A stretch of 64,000 nt of DNA from a virus (IMGVR_UViG_3300031994_000050:27324-91323); one strand, 5' to 3'. Numbered from the stretch's first letter, positions 27,649-38,398 are shown. The notes: a model not told the origin generated them from the sequence alone. Program-made: numbers and translations.

Positions 27649-28560
27649 ATGAAAAACTTTAAGGAAATGATTTCAGAAATCACAGCAAACGCAATGGCAG
27701 AGATTGAGGTAAACGAAACAATCAATCTTGTAAATGAGGAGCAGAACGCACTCGACAAAGCACTTGCACGTCTTGAATCAATGGACACAGACGTTCTTGC
27801 AAGAGCTAAAGAGGATGCAAACGCCGTTGACGGTCACACACGCTACTACGATGTAATGAGTGGTTATGAATCACAGTACATGAATCGCAATGATTGGAGA
27901 GTTGCAAGAAAGATACGCAACAATTCAGCTTACAACATTCGTAAAGAGAACTACGAGGCAGAGCAGAAAGCTAAGTTTGAATATGATTTAATTCAAGCAG
28001 GAGTAAAGAAAGCTACAATAGCAAAGATAAAGAAACATAAGAGTTTGCCTAATGCAACATATGTAAAGATTGACAAAAAGGTTTACACTAAAGATTATAA
28101 GCCTAGTAACAGCTCATTTGAAACAGTAAGAGTTGTTGACTACAAGATATATCACAAAGCAATCGTTCTTGAGGTTGCATCGGCAGACGCAGAGCGAATC
28201 ACAGGTTACTTCGACGATATGATTAACGAGTACAATGCAAAGCGTGATGTTTACTTCGATGTAGATACACGTAACGAATCAACTTATCATGTCGTATTCA
28301 GATATGAGCCTTTCGATAGGTTCGGTAAGCCGAACAAATACGACGGAATCATGCAGTTACGTAACTTCTTAAATCAGCAGAAGTTCATAACACAGCAAAA
28401 GCCAGTTCGAGTTGGTGAGTATCTCGAAATCCTCAAAGGTAACAAGGTAAACCTTCCGCTTTCGATGGTTTACAACTACACAGAGAAATCCGATAAACTC
28501 ACTGTTTATAAGGTTTACGGCAACTTTGAAGAGTTCGACAAGGAGCTTCGCGCTGAATAG
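27649..28560 (+). CDS. Hypothetical protein, first gene of the rightward arm
   Basis: 303 aa, SD AAAGGAG, own terminator; no family recognised. Confidence 0.85.
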   Translation: MKNFKEMISEITANAMAEIEVNETINLVNEEQNALDKALARLESMDTDVLARAKEDANAVDGHTRYYDVMSGYESQYMNRNDWRVARKIRNNSAYNIRKENYEAEQKAKFEYDLIQAGVKKATIAKIKKHKSLPNATYVKIDKKVYTKDYKPSNSSFETVRVVDYKIYHKAIVLEVASADAERITGYFDDMINEYNAKRDVYFDVDTRNESTYHVVFRYEPFDRFGKPNKYDGIMQLRNFLNQQKFITQQKPVRVGEYLEILKGNKVNLPLSMVYNYTEKSDKLTVYKVYGNFEEFDKELRAE

Positions 28561-28566
28561 TATAAA

Positions 28567-28599
28567 TCGCCTAGAGGTTAACAGCCTCTAGGCTTTTTT
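28567..28599 (+). terminator. Intrinsic terminator
   Basis: GCCTAGAGG-TTAACAG-CCTCTAGGC followed by a T run. Confidence 0.85.
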
Positions 28600-28643
28600 T
28601 ATGCCAGTTTACCGAGTATATCGAAATTTAATAATGCTCTTGT

Positions 28644-28711
28644 GCCACTCCACTCCATTTCAGTCAAGAGACGCTTCGCTTCTGCTCTTGACTTCCATTC
28701 CGCTACATGGC
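28644..28711 (-). promoter_or_regulatory. GTCAAG/CTTGAC hairpin element, copy 1
   Basis: GCCA-CTCC...GTCAAGAG...CTCTTGAC...CTACA-TGGC; the minus strand has a GCGAAGC loop and three GNA/GNA zippers. Confidence 0.6.
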
Positions 28712-29493
28712 GAGTAAATGTTGTACTTAATAAAACGAAAGGAGCAAACGAATGAATCAAATCGAAATTATATATAACAAAGAAAAACAAACATATAATC
28801 TATTCGTAAATAACGAATGGTACGCAGAGGGAGATTATGAATAAATCGATAAGATGGTTACGAATATACGCAACTGCGAAATAGAAGAAGAGGAAGAATG
28901 GGAATTTGCAGAGGAGGACACATGGGATGAATAAGAGAAAGAAACCAGTGCAAATAGGAATCTTAAGAACAGTTGATTTCATAGTAATCAGAATCACAAT
29001 ATTCAATAAGAGCAAATTAATATGGATAAGACGCGATGTGATGGAATTTGATATGTTCTGTATAGCAATAATGATAATGATAAATCTCTTGATAATAAGC
29101 TTAACGCGCAGAGCAGAAATGCAATGGTATGAAAGAATAGCCATTGTGCTTATTGAAAGGGCAATGATAGTTAAATACATAAAGACAAGAAAAGAAATAA
29201 ACGAAAGGTAGAAAGGAGAGTTATGGCAACTATATACACACGTTCAATCAATGGAGTGAAAATACGCTTCGGAAAGTATTCCGATAATGATTATGTAATC
29301 TATGTCGGAAACAGGTTATATGCAGAGATTGACAACTTGGCAGACGCAAACAGGGAATATAACAATGTGGATGAACGAGTTGTCAAATATCTGGGTATGT
29401 AACAGCTTCGCTGTGTTAAAGAATACAGGAAGAATAGTGTCTACGACGCAAAAATGAAAAATAAAAAAATCGAAAAAGTGAAGGAGGTAAAAA

Positions 29494-29682
29494 ATGAACA
29501 TAGTTAACGTTCTAAACTTGTATAAGAGATTATACAAGGAAACAGAAGTCAAGGTTGAGAATCACAACATGCGGATTATCGACGAAAAGACAGGACTAAA
29601 CTACATAGTAGATAAAGAGAGCGATATTCCAAAGATATTCTCAACAATAGGCAGAATGAGGACGGATTTAATGATGACGTAG
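29494..29682 (+). CDS. Hypothetical protein
   Basis: SD AAGGAGG. Confidence 0.65.
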   Translation: MNIVNVLNLYKRLYKETEVKVENHNMRIIDEKTGLNYIVDKESDIPKIFSTIGRMRTDLMMT

Positions 29683-29694
29683 AAAGAAGGTAAT

Positions 29695-29949
29695 ATGGAG
29701 GAATTATTCACAACAAAAGGAAAAGGTGAAGAATTAAAAGCAATTTACCAAGACAATAAATTTAAAGTTGTGTTTGTATACCCAGACGGCTCAAGATATG
29801 AAGCAGACGAAACAAATGATGTTTCAACTCTGGTTGAATCATACAACTTTTGGGGATTGCTTACAGGCTTATTTAACACTCCAATCGAAAGTAGTCAAGT
29901 TGAAAAGCACTTGACAACTTCCTCATTACGTGTTGATGAGAAAATGTAA
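29695..29949 (+). CDS. Hypothetical protein
   Basis: ORF track; 3' end overlaps hairpin element 2. Confidence 0.55.
   Translation: MEELFTTKGKGEELKAIYQDNKFKVVFVYPDGSRYEADETNDVSTLVESYNFWGLLTGLFNTPIESSQVEKHLTTSSLRVDEKM
29875..29934 (-). promoter_or_regulatory. GTCAAG/CTTGAC hairpin element, copy 2
   Basis: AACA-CTCC...GTCAAGTTGAAAAGCACTTGAC...TTACG-TGTT. Confidence 0.6.
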
Positions 29950-29982
29950 TTGAAAAAATGAATCAAAAAAGGAGAATAAAAA

Positions 29983-30357
29983 ATGAAAAACGAAGAAGCA
30001 ATTATGCAGATGAGAGTAAACCTTATGAGAAATAGACAGATTGGAACGACAGGAAGAAAGATGATGTGGCATGATGTGGATGGAAATGAGATTGAGATTG
30101 ATGAACCCGCTGAAATCCATACATATGCAGGATGGAAGAAGTTGGGGTATCAAGTACCGACAGGAACAAGAGCAAGAATCTTTATTCCTATCTGGAACTC
30201 GATTACACTTGGAGACGGTTCAACATCAATGATGCAGTCAAACAGAGCATTCTTCACGCCAGAACAGGTACAAAGAATCGAAGAAGAAGTAAACAATGTG
30301 CTTGAAGTGCCTAATGCAGGAGTGATGGAAGAGTTGAAAGATATGGCAATTAATTAA
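29983..30357 (+). CDS. ArdC N-terminal-like (ssDNA-binding) protein
   Basis: HTYAGWKKLGYQVPTGTRA.I.IPIW...AFFTPEQV matches the T..W..LG..V.KGE pattern of ArdC-N. Confidence 0.6.
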   Translation: MKNEEAIMQMRVNLMRNRQIGTTGRKMMWHDVDGNEIEIDEPAEIHTYAGWKKLGYQVPTGTRARIFIPIWNSITLGDGSTSMMQSNRAFFTPEQVQRIEEEVNNVLEVPNAGVMEELKDMAIN

Positions 30358-30361
30358 GAAA

Positions 30362-30499
30362 ATATGCGGTGGCGGAATAGAAGTCTTCAAAAGGGAAGAT
30401 GATACATGCATTATGCATAGCGTAGACGCTTATACTCGTAAGAAGCTTGGTTCGAGAATATCATGGCTTCATGTAAGGTGCAAATCCTTACCCGCATAT
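30362..30499 (+). ncRNA. tRNA-like RNA 1 (expanded D loop, no canonical anticodon arm)
   Basis: ATATGCGG-TGGCGGAATAG..insert..GTAGACGC...CAT-GTAAGG TGCAAAT CCTTAC-CCGCATAT. Confidence 0.6.
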
Positions 30500-30501
30500 A
30501 G

Positions 30502-30585
30502 TGCTGTGGTGGCGGAAAGAGGTAGACGCAACGCTGACGAGCGTGACAGATGATTCATGTAAGGTTCAAATCCTTACCCACAGCA
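30502..30585 (+). ncRNA. tRNA-like RNA 2
   Basis: TGCTGTGG-TGGCGGAAAGAGGTAGACGC-A-ACGCT GACG AGCGT...CAT-GTAAGG TTCAAAT CCTTAC-CCACAGCA. Confidence 0.65.
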
Positions 30586-30624
30586 TCACCAGAAATGGTG
30601 AGCATAGTAAATCTTCTTTCAAAA

Positions 30625-30730
30625 GACCGTGATGATGGAAAGGGTAGACAAAATTAAGCGGATTGCTTAATGGATAAGTGCAAAAGCGGAAAAAGCTTAT
30701 CATGCAAGGTTCAAATCCTTGCTCACGGTT
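30625..30730 (+). ncRNA. tRNA-like RNA 3
   Basis: GACCGTGA-TGATGGAAAGGGTAGACA..TTAAGCG GAT TGCTTAA...CAT-GCAAGG TTCAAAT CCTTGC-TCACGGTT. Confidence 0.55.
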
Positions 30731-30759
30731 TAAAAATAATAAAAGGAGAGGAAAAAAAG

Positions 30760-30972
30760 ATGAAAATAATAAGAAAAGACAAAAAAGGAAAGATTTTCGG
30801 AAACTTACCAATAGGAACTGTATTTACAACAGAAAACAACGAATTATGTTTGAAGGTGCAGGATAGCGACATAATAGATAACGCATACGATTTGGAGAAA
30901 AAGAAAATTATATATGTACCGCCATTTGAAAAAGTAGTAGAGAAAAAAGCAAAGATAATAATAGGAGAATAA
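30760..30972 (+). CDS. Hypothetical protein
   Basis: Start moved to ATG 30760 after SD AGGAGAGG. Confidence 0.6.
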   Translation: MKIIRKDKKGKIFGNLPIGTVFTTENNELCLKVQDSDIIDNAYDLEKKKIIYVPPFEKVVEKKAKIIIGE

Positions 30973-31126
30973 ATATGAAATACAAAATAGAATACAAAGA
31001 AAAAGGGAAAATAAAAAGAGCGGAAATAGAAGCAAAGAATATGAAAGAGGCAAAAGAAAAGGCATTGGTAAAATACGGACACGAAACAATGTCGATAGAA
31101 GAAAAATAAGAAAAGAGGAAACAAAT

Positions 31127-32038
31127 ATGAGAGGATATAAGGCATTTAATATGGATTTGACATGTAGAGATATGCAGTACGAAATAGGTAAGGAATATAT
31201 TTTTGAAGGCAAGCCAATAGCGTGCAAACAAGGATTTCATTTTTGTGAAACAATAGCTGAATGTTATCAATTCTACCCAATGTCAAGCAGTACAAGGATA
31301 TGCAAAATAGAAGCAAACGGCGATATTGTGAAAGATGGAATTAAATATATAACAAATAAAATCAAGATTATTGAAGAAATAACAAAAGAGAATATTAAGA
31401 GAGGTAATAAAGGCTATAATAATAGCGGCTATAGAAATGAAGGACATTATAACAGCGGAGAATGCAACAACGGCGCTTATAACAGTGGCGATATGAACAA
31501 TGGAAACAACAACAGCGGAAATAGAAATATTGGAAGTTTTAACAGTGGAGCGATTAATATAGGTCAAGGTAACAGTGGAGATAATAATATAGGAAATTTA
31601 AACAGCGGAAATGAAAATATAGGATATAAAAATAGTGGCAATCATAATACTGGTGATTGTAACAGCGGCGAGTGGAATAGTGGGAATTATAACAGCGGGT
31701 TATTTAACACAGAAATGAAGCCAACAATGAAGATGTTTGATAAAGAATCTTCATGGACATATAGTGATTGGTATAAAAGCCAAGCAAAAAGAATAATGGA
31801 TAGGTGTCCAAATAGTTACACTCAATTTGTCTTTGTAGAAGATATGACAGAAGAAGAAAAAGAAAATCATCCAGAATATAAAACCATAGGAGGCTTTATA
31901 GAAACAGTCAAAATAACAAAAGAAGAGAGACAAGGGTGGTGGGATAACCTTGGAGAAAAAGATAAGAATGAAATAAAAGCACTTCCGAATTTTGATGAAA
32001 AGAAATTCTGTGAATGCGTAGGAATAGAACATATTTAA
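31127..32038 (+). CDS. Pentapeptide (NSGxx) repeat phage protein
   Basis: N-terminal GYKAF..DLTCR..QYEIG...GFHFC domain, then NSGxxNxG repeats and a WW...LPNFD..KF.E C-terminus. Confidence 0.85.
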   Translation: MRGYKAFNMDLTCRDMQYEIGKEYIFEGKPIACKQGFHFCETIAECYQFYPMSSSTRICKIEANGDIVKDGIKYITNKIKIIEEITKENIKRGNKGYNNSGYRNEGHYNSGECNNGAYNSGDMNNGNNNSGNRNIGSFNSGAINIGQGNSGDNNIGNLNSGNENIGYKNSGNHNTGDCNSGEWNSGNYNSGLFNTEMKPTMKMFDKESSWTYSDWYKSQAKRIMDRCPNSYTQFVFVEDMTEEEKENHPEYKTIGGFIETVKITKEERQGWWDNLGEKDKNEIKALPNFDEKKFCECVGIEHI

Positions 32039-32062
32039 AGAAAGTGAGGATGATAGTTAAGC

Positions 32063-34878
32063 ATGAAGAAGAGCGAGATAAAAAAGGTAACAAATAATGA
32101 ATTGATAACGGAGTATGTAAGAACGTATTCCCTTCGTGATGTAAACTGGATATTGGAAAGAGGAACAGAACGTTTAAGCAGACAGTGCAAAGACTTGGAA
32201 AAGGAACTTATAGCACGTGGAATATTAACGACGGAAGATGTTAATTATTTGAATAGATAAGGAGAAAAAATGAAATCATATGAAGACGTACTTAAGGAAG
32301 CATGGGAGCTTGCAGGAAGAATAGATAAAGAATTTACGGAAGGAGAACTAGTTAAGATTTTTGGATATTGCGCACCATATGAAATAATTGACGCACTAAA
32401 CCCAAAGGAAGCAATCCAAAAAATTAATGAATACGATAACCGTAACGTAGAAGTGGGTGATGAGGTAGAATTTAATAAATTTGAGAATAGCGAAGGGAAA
32501 TACGGTGTTTTAATTCAAGTAAAAACTGAAAACAGCCCATGTAGAGATGTAATAGCATTAACAGACAAGGGTGAAGTGTGTATATGGAACAGAACGGATT
32601 TCATAAAGACAGGAAGAAAATTCCCAGAGATAGAAGAGGTATTAAAACAGATGCAGGAGGGCGAAGATGAGTAAAAGTCATTTAAGAGCAATAGCACGTC
32701 ATTTGATAGGTAAGGTATTAGGACTTAAGGTTGCGGCAAAAAACATAGATATAGAAGAATACGAGGGCATTTTTGTAATACCAGAATACCTTGTTTTCTC
32801 AATCAAAGGTGTTGAAACAGTTAAATATACATTAAGAGAACAGCCAAACGGCAAATATAGATTTTACATCAATGGAGCGTTTGTATGTAGGTTAGAATTA
32901 TCTGATTTTGAGGTTGAATAATCTATGAGTGATGAACTTTTTGAAATATTTATAGAAATGTTAGAAGAAGCATTTATGATACTGGATAAGACGGAAGAAG
33001 AGGGATAAGTAATGAAAGAAGAGAAGCCATATATAATAGAAACAATTACGATACAAAAGAAGAAATACAATCCAAATTACGGGGATAACAGAATGTGTGT
33101 ATGCGGACATACATATTACAGACATTTTGACCCATGGAACGACATGGAAGCTGTAGGATGTAAGTATTGCGGGTGTCAAGAATTTGTAGAAGCAAAAAGT
33201 GAGGATAAAGAATGACAGTAAAGCAAATGATTAAGAAGCTTTCAAAATATCCAGAAGATGCAAAAGTACTAATTCCAAATGATGAAATGCACATAGAAGG
33301 GATGTACTATGCAACAAACATTGAAGAATATGATGACGGCACAGTTCTAATTGATACTGATTACGAGAAAAGATTTAAAGAATAGGATGAGGAGGAAAAC
33401 GAAGAATGCCAACCAGAAGAACAACAAAAGAAAAAGCGAAAGAAGCAATTAGAGAAGCATACGGAAATTCTGAATATACAGAAGAAATAATCAAAGCACT
33501 AGAACAAGAGCCATTTATAAACAAGGCATGTGTATCAAGCAACGTATGTAAACATGACAAAGCAGTTGCTCTTGAGAAGATAAAAACAGAGATAGAACAA
33601 ATTGAATTACTCGCAAGATATACAAGAGGAGATATTAAACAAATGGCAATTGATATAATTGACAAGTACAAGGCAGAAAGTGAGGAAAAAGAATGACAAG
33701 AGAAGAAGTAATAGATTTACTAAAAAAAGATAAATCACAGAGAGGAAAGTGTTTTGTATCTGATGCGCTTGATATAGCAATAAACGTACTAGAACAAGAG
33801 CATGATATTAACAAGATAAAAGCAGAGATAAAGCACCGTTCAGAGCATTTCATCAATGAAGATGGAGAGAATTGTTTAGCATTATATGAAGATGATGTTA
33901 TTGAAATTCTTACAAAGTATATAAAAAGAGAGGAAAAAGGGATGATAAAACATGTGGGATTTGCCGCATTAAAACAGAAACCAGAAAGAGAAGGACATTG
34001 GATTGATAATCATAACGGCACTATTTCATGTAGTAGCTGTCAGACATGGTTTCACAAAGATGATAGATATTCTTATATGCATTATTGTCCTAATTGCAAA
34101 GCAAAGATGAAAGAAAGTGAGAGCGAATAATGAATTATGATGTAGTCGATGTATTAACAGTTTCTTTTGAGAGTGGAATAAAGGAAGAATCAGCAATATG
34201 TGTCGCTCGAAAACATGGAGAAGAAATAACTATACTAAAAATGGAATTAGGAGAGCAAGCAGATATTTTATATCATCTTTTAACAGAACAAAAAGCAAAA
34301 GCCAAAATAAAGACAGAAAGTGAGGAAAAGTAATGGCAGAGATAGTATTAAAGATACCCAAAGAATTTGAAGAGAATTTCAACACAGATAAATTCAGAGA
34401 GTGCTTTATGCGTGTATTATTTGACTGTAAAGCATGGGATTACACAGGAATAAGTGGAAATTATGAACATGAAACACTTGAAATGCTACTTGATGCGTTC
34501 AACGAAGCGGTAGTGATTCCTAAAGGACACGGAAGAATAGGCGATTTAGACGCGATTAAAAAAGACATGCAGAATTACCATGATGATTGTGCAAAAACAA
34601 GTGAATATACAAGATTAGGGTTTGAAACTGCTATAGCAGTAGTAGAAGATGCAAATGCAATTATAGAAGCAGATAAGAAAGGGAAGGAATGAATGCAGAT
34701 TAGATGTAAGGAATGTAGACACTATCAAAGCCGTTATTCAGATGGATATAAAACATCTCTATGCAAGAAACATAGTCTAAATAACAAGAAGTTGCAAGTA
34801 AAAGAAAATTTTTATTGCGCAGACGCGGAAAAGAAACAAAGATTATTAGGAATAGAAGCAGATAAGGAGGAAGAATAA
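32063..34878 (+). CDS. Run of small hypothetical ORFs (32063-32260, 32270-32674, 32667-32921, 33012-33215, 33406-33696, 33693-34130 with Zn ribbon, 34130-34333, 34333-34692, 34693-34878)
   Basis: Head-to-tail ORFs with overlapping stop/start codons and shared junction motifs. Confidence 0.7.
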
Positions 34879-34920
34879 AAACCATGAAAAGAGAAAAGAT
34901 AGACGATACATAGAATAGTT

Positions 34921-34980
34921 ACCACTCCGCTCACGAGTTGTCAAGTTGAAAAGCACTTGACTACTCGTTCACTACATGGT
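34921..34980 (-). promoter_or_regulatory. GTCAAG/CTTGAC hairpin element, copy 3
   Basis: ACCA-CTCC...GTCAAGTTGAAAAGCACTTGAC...CTACA-TGGT; 22-nt core identical to copy 2. Confidence 0.6.
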
Positions 34981-35030
34981 TTGTAATTATCATCAATTTA
35001 AAATTATTAAATTTAAAGGAGATTTCAAAA

Positions 35031-36926
35031 ATGAATATAACAAATGAGATGTGCAATTGGTTAAATGAACATGAAGTAGCATATGAAAGAAGCGCAGTTG
35101 AAAAAATTAAAAATGTATGGGAAAGTAATAAAGCTGATTTATTGGAAAAGTTCAGAAAACATCCAAATTGGGATGAAGAGAACCTTGCAATAGTATTCAA
35201 GGAATCAGAGTATGAAAGAGCGCTTAATAAATCCGCAATAGAAGATTTCAATAATTGGGTAGAAAAAATAATGAGAAGAAAATTAAGAGAGGTAAGTAAA
35301 ACTGATGAATATAATAAAGCAAACATAAAGAGAAGTAAGTTAGAAGACGCAGTATATTACTTGAAGTATGATTGTTTCGATGGAATGAACTTGATGATAA
35401 ACGGAGAACCAGCAAGAACAGTAATAGACGAAAGATATGAGAAAGCGCGTTTGGAATATAGAAAAATATCAAATGAAACACAAACGTTATTAAGCGAAAG
35501 AGTTGATTTGGAAACATACGAAAAATACAGAAAAGTATTATTAGCATTAAGAGAATTCGTTAATGTAGAAACAAATTCTGCAACAGAGGAATTGGCAGAA
35601 AGAGTAAATTATCTCATTCCAGATATTAAGGCGGTAGCAGGACAGAAGATTTCAAGAATTATCCAGAAAGTATGCAAAACAATTGATTTGGATAAGTACG
35701 TAGAAATTAATGATTATGGAACATACACAAGAGACGATGGATATAATCGACAGTATGCAATTCTCTGTAATGAGATTAATCCGATTAAGTATAAGAGGAT
35801 TACAGTAATTTCATTGAATCCAATTGACTATTGGAGCATGTCACATGGTTATAATTGGAAGTCATGTCATTACGTAGGAGATGATGAGGACGGATGTTAT
35901 TCAAGCGGAACAGAAAGTTACATGCTTGACAGCACATCATTAATTTATTACGTAATTGATGAGAGCTATGAAGGAACAGAGTATTACAAGCAGAAGAAAA
36001 TAAATAGAGCAGTATTCTGTATAGGCGAAGAGGGAAATGCAATTCTCGAAGCAAGAGTATATCCAGATGACAGAGATGGAGGTGATAATTCACTAGGAAA
36101 ACAGTTTAGAGATGTAATGTCAAAAGTAATTTCAGATATCTACAATGTAAACAACTATTGGAGCATAGTAAAAGGCTCATCAGAATGTGGTGATAGAACA
36201 AGAAGCTACGGAACACATTACAGGGATTATGTTGAATACTCAAACGGAGTAATGATGATTAATAAATCATATGACGGCGAAGTATGCATCGAAATTGGAC
36301 ATGACCCAATCTGTCCTGTGTGCGGAGATGAGCATGGTGAAACAGAAAATATCATATGTTCAGATTGCTTGAATGATATAAGATACAATAACCCACAAAC
36401 ATGTGCAAGATGCGGAGAGAGATTTGATGGTGATGGATATGAAGCAGTATACACAGAAGACGGAAATTGGTATTGCTGTGATGCTTGTGCAGAAGAAGAT
36501 GGATATAGAAGAGATAGTGATGGATATTGGTATTCAGAGGATGAACTGTATTATTGCGACGACGATAGAGAATATCATCACGAAGATGATTGCTACATGG
36601 ATAATTATAATGAAATTTATTACAGTGGAGAACCATACATAACAACAGTAGACGGAAACAATTATTCATGTGAAGAAAACGCAGAAAATGATGGTTATGT
36701 GGAGGTAGATGGTGAATGGATAAGCGAAGATGATACAATCGAAATCGACGGAGAGTTATACAATAGAGAGGACGAAGATTTGGTATGGATTGACGATGAT
36801 ACAGCGTTTACAAGCGAGGAGGATGCAGAAAATGCGGGATATGTAAAGTTAGAGGATGATAATTGGGTAAGTAGAACAGAAGCAACATATGACGAAGAAA
36901 ATGGCGTATGGAGGACAATCGCATGA
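35031..36926 (+). CDS. Large protein with a conserved central domain and Cys/acidic zinc-finger repeats
   Basis: SLNPIDYWSMS..NWKSCH...YMLD...RVYP core; CPVC, CSDC, CARC, CDAC; D/E/Y-rich C-terminal repeats. Confidence 0.8.
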   Translation: MNITNEMCNWLNEHEVAYERSAVEKIKNVWESNKADLLEKFRKHPNWDEENLAIVFKESEYERALNKSAIEDFNNWVEKIMRRKLREVSKTDEYNKANIKRSKLEDAVYYLKYDCFDGMNLMINGEPARTVIDERYEKARLEYRKISNETQTLLSERVDLETYEKYRKVLLALREFVNVETNSATEELAERVNYLIPDIKAVAGQKISRIIQKVCKTIDLDKYVEINDYGTYTRDDGYNRQYAILCNEINPIKYKRITVISLNPIDYWSMSHGYNWKSCHYVGDDEDGCYSSGTESYMLDSTSLIYYVIDESYEGTEYYKQKKINRAVFCIGEEGNAILEARVYPDDRDGGDNSLGKQFRDVMSKVISDIYNVNNYWSIVKGSSECGDRTRSYGTHYRDYVEYSNGVMMINKSYDGEVCIEIGHDPICPVCGDEHGETENIICSDCLNDIRYNNPQTCARCGERFDGDGYEAVYTEDGNWYCCDACAEEDGYRRDSDGYWYSEDELYYCDDDREYHHEDDCYMDNYNEIYYSGEPYITTVDGNNYSCEENAENDGYVEVDGEWISEDDTIEIDGELYNREDEDLVWIDDDTAFTSEEDAENAGYVKLEDDNWVSRTEATYDEENGVWRTIA

Positions 36927-37978
36927 AGCATCACAAGGGAAAAAGAAGAGTAAGCAACAAAGAATTTGTCAAAATATGTAAATTAAGCCAAAAGGAATTA
37001 AGAAGCTATCTTATCAGCGAATTGGCAAAGTATTACGACGAAGTTGTAAAAGAAGATGGATTCGTGTACGTAAAAGGAAATGACAAGATTGCATTAACAG
37101 CACACATGGACACAACTACAAGAGTAGAGTACGGAAAGAGAAAGAAAGTAAAAGAAGTATACGAATATGTAGAAAAAGGTAAGACAATTGTGCATTCGCC
37201 ACAGGGAATAGGAGGTGATGATAGATGTGGCGTGTACATGATTATGGAAATCTTAAAAAGAACAGAGTTAAGACCTACAATCGTATTCTGTGAAGATGAA
37301 GAGATAGGATGCGTAGGCTCATCAAAGTTTACAAAGACAGACTACATAAAGGACTTAAGCGATATGTATTTCATCATAGAATTAGACAGAAGAGGAAATA
37401 ACGATATAGTATTCTATGATGATACAAACGAAGATTTCCATAAGTATGTTGCAGAGGTAACAAAATATGTTGAGGAATGGGGAAGCTGTTCAGATATATC
37501 ATATTTATGTCCAGACTGCGGTGTGGCAGGAGTAAATATAAGCTGTGGATATTATGACGAGCATCATGTATACGAAAAAGTTGTATTAGAAGAGATGGAA
37601 AGAACATTGAATACAACGATAAAGCTAATTAAAGACGGCTTAGAGAAAGGAGTACAGTATGAATACATAGAAAAAGTATATGGAAGATGGGGAATATACG
37701 ATTATAACGGAACATACAGATACGATTACGGAAACTCATATTGGGATGACGAGTATTGGAGCGGGAAAAATACAAGTAGTCATATTTACGGAGATACATA
37801 TTACTTAGAAGTAGAATTTGATAACGGATATGGCGACTGTGGCGACGATGTATTCCAAGGAGACTCAATAGCAGATGTATGGTATCAGTTCTTTTCATCA
37901 CATCCAAACCTAAAAATGGAAAATGTAACAAATTACATAGAATGGACAGAAGACGAATTTAAAAAAGCGGAGGGATAA
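36923..37978 (+). CDS. M28/M20-family zinc peptidase-like protein
   Basis: AHMDT, GIGGDDRCG, DEEIG, ELDRRG, YYDEH metal-ligand motifs; ATGA overlap with the upstream gene. Confidence 0.8.
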   Translation: MKHHKGKRRVSNKEFVKICKLSQKELRSYLISELAKYYDEVVKEDGFVYVKGNDKIALTAHMDTTTRVEYGKRKKVKEVYEYVEKGKTIVHSPQGIGGDDRCGVYMIMEILKRTELRPTIVFCEDEEIGCVGSSKFTKTDYIKDLSDMYFIIELDRRGNNDIVFYDDTNEDFHKYVAEVTKYVEEWGSCSDISYLCPDCGVAGVNISCGYYDEHHVYEKVVLEEMERTLNTTIKLIKDGLEKGVQYEYIEKVYGRWGIYDYNGTYRYDYGNSYWDDEYWSGKNTSSHIYGDTYYLEVEFDNGYGDCGDDVFQGDSIADVWYQFFSSHPNLKMENVTNYIEWTEDEFKKAEG

Positions 37979-37981
37979 AAA

Positions 37982-38398
37982 ATGAGATACACAACAAATG
38001 AAAAGAGAAGAAAAGGCGTAACAAAGGGCGTATATTGCAATATTGAAAAGCTAATGAAATTAGCAGGCAAATTTGATACAGAACAGGAATTTGCAGAAAC
38101 AATAGGAAGAAGCAATACATGGTTGTATAATGCCAAGAAAAGCGGAACAATGAGCATGACAGATGCATTAGCAATCAAATGTGTACATGGAGTAGATGTA
38201 ATAATTGAAAAGGAAGAGGAAGAGGAGATAAAAGAAGAGAAAAAAGAAAAAAATAGTGATTTGACAGCAAAGTTGGATGAAATCAACGCAAATATCAAGG
38301 AATTAACAACAACAGTAAGCAGACTAGGCAATGTAAATATGCAAATTCTTGAGGAATTTCATAAACTGAATAAAGAACTATTAAACACAAAGAATTAA
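37982..38398 (+). CDS. HTH + coiled-coil protein
   Basis: EQEFAETIGRSNTWL HTH-like segment. Confidence 0.6.
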   Translation: MRYTTNEKRRKGVTKGVYCNIEKLMKLAGKFDTEQEFAETIGRSNTWLYNAKKSGTMSMTDALAIKCVHGVDVIIEKEEEEEIKEEKKEKNSDLTAKLDEINANIKELTTTVSRLGNVNMQILEEFHKLNKELLNTKN

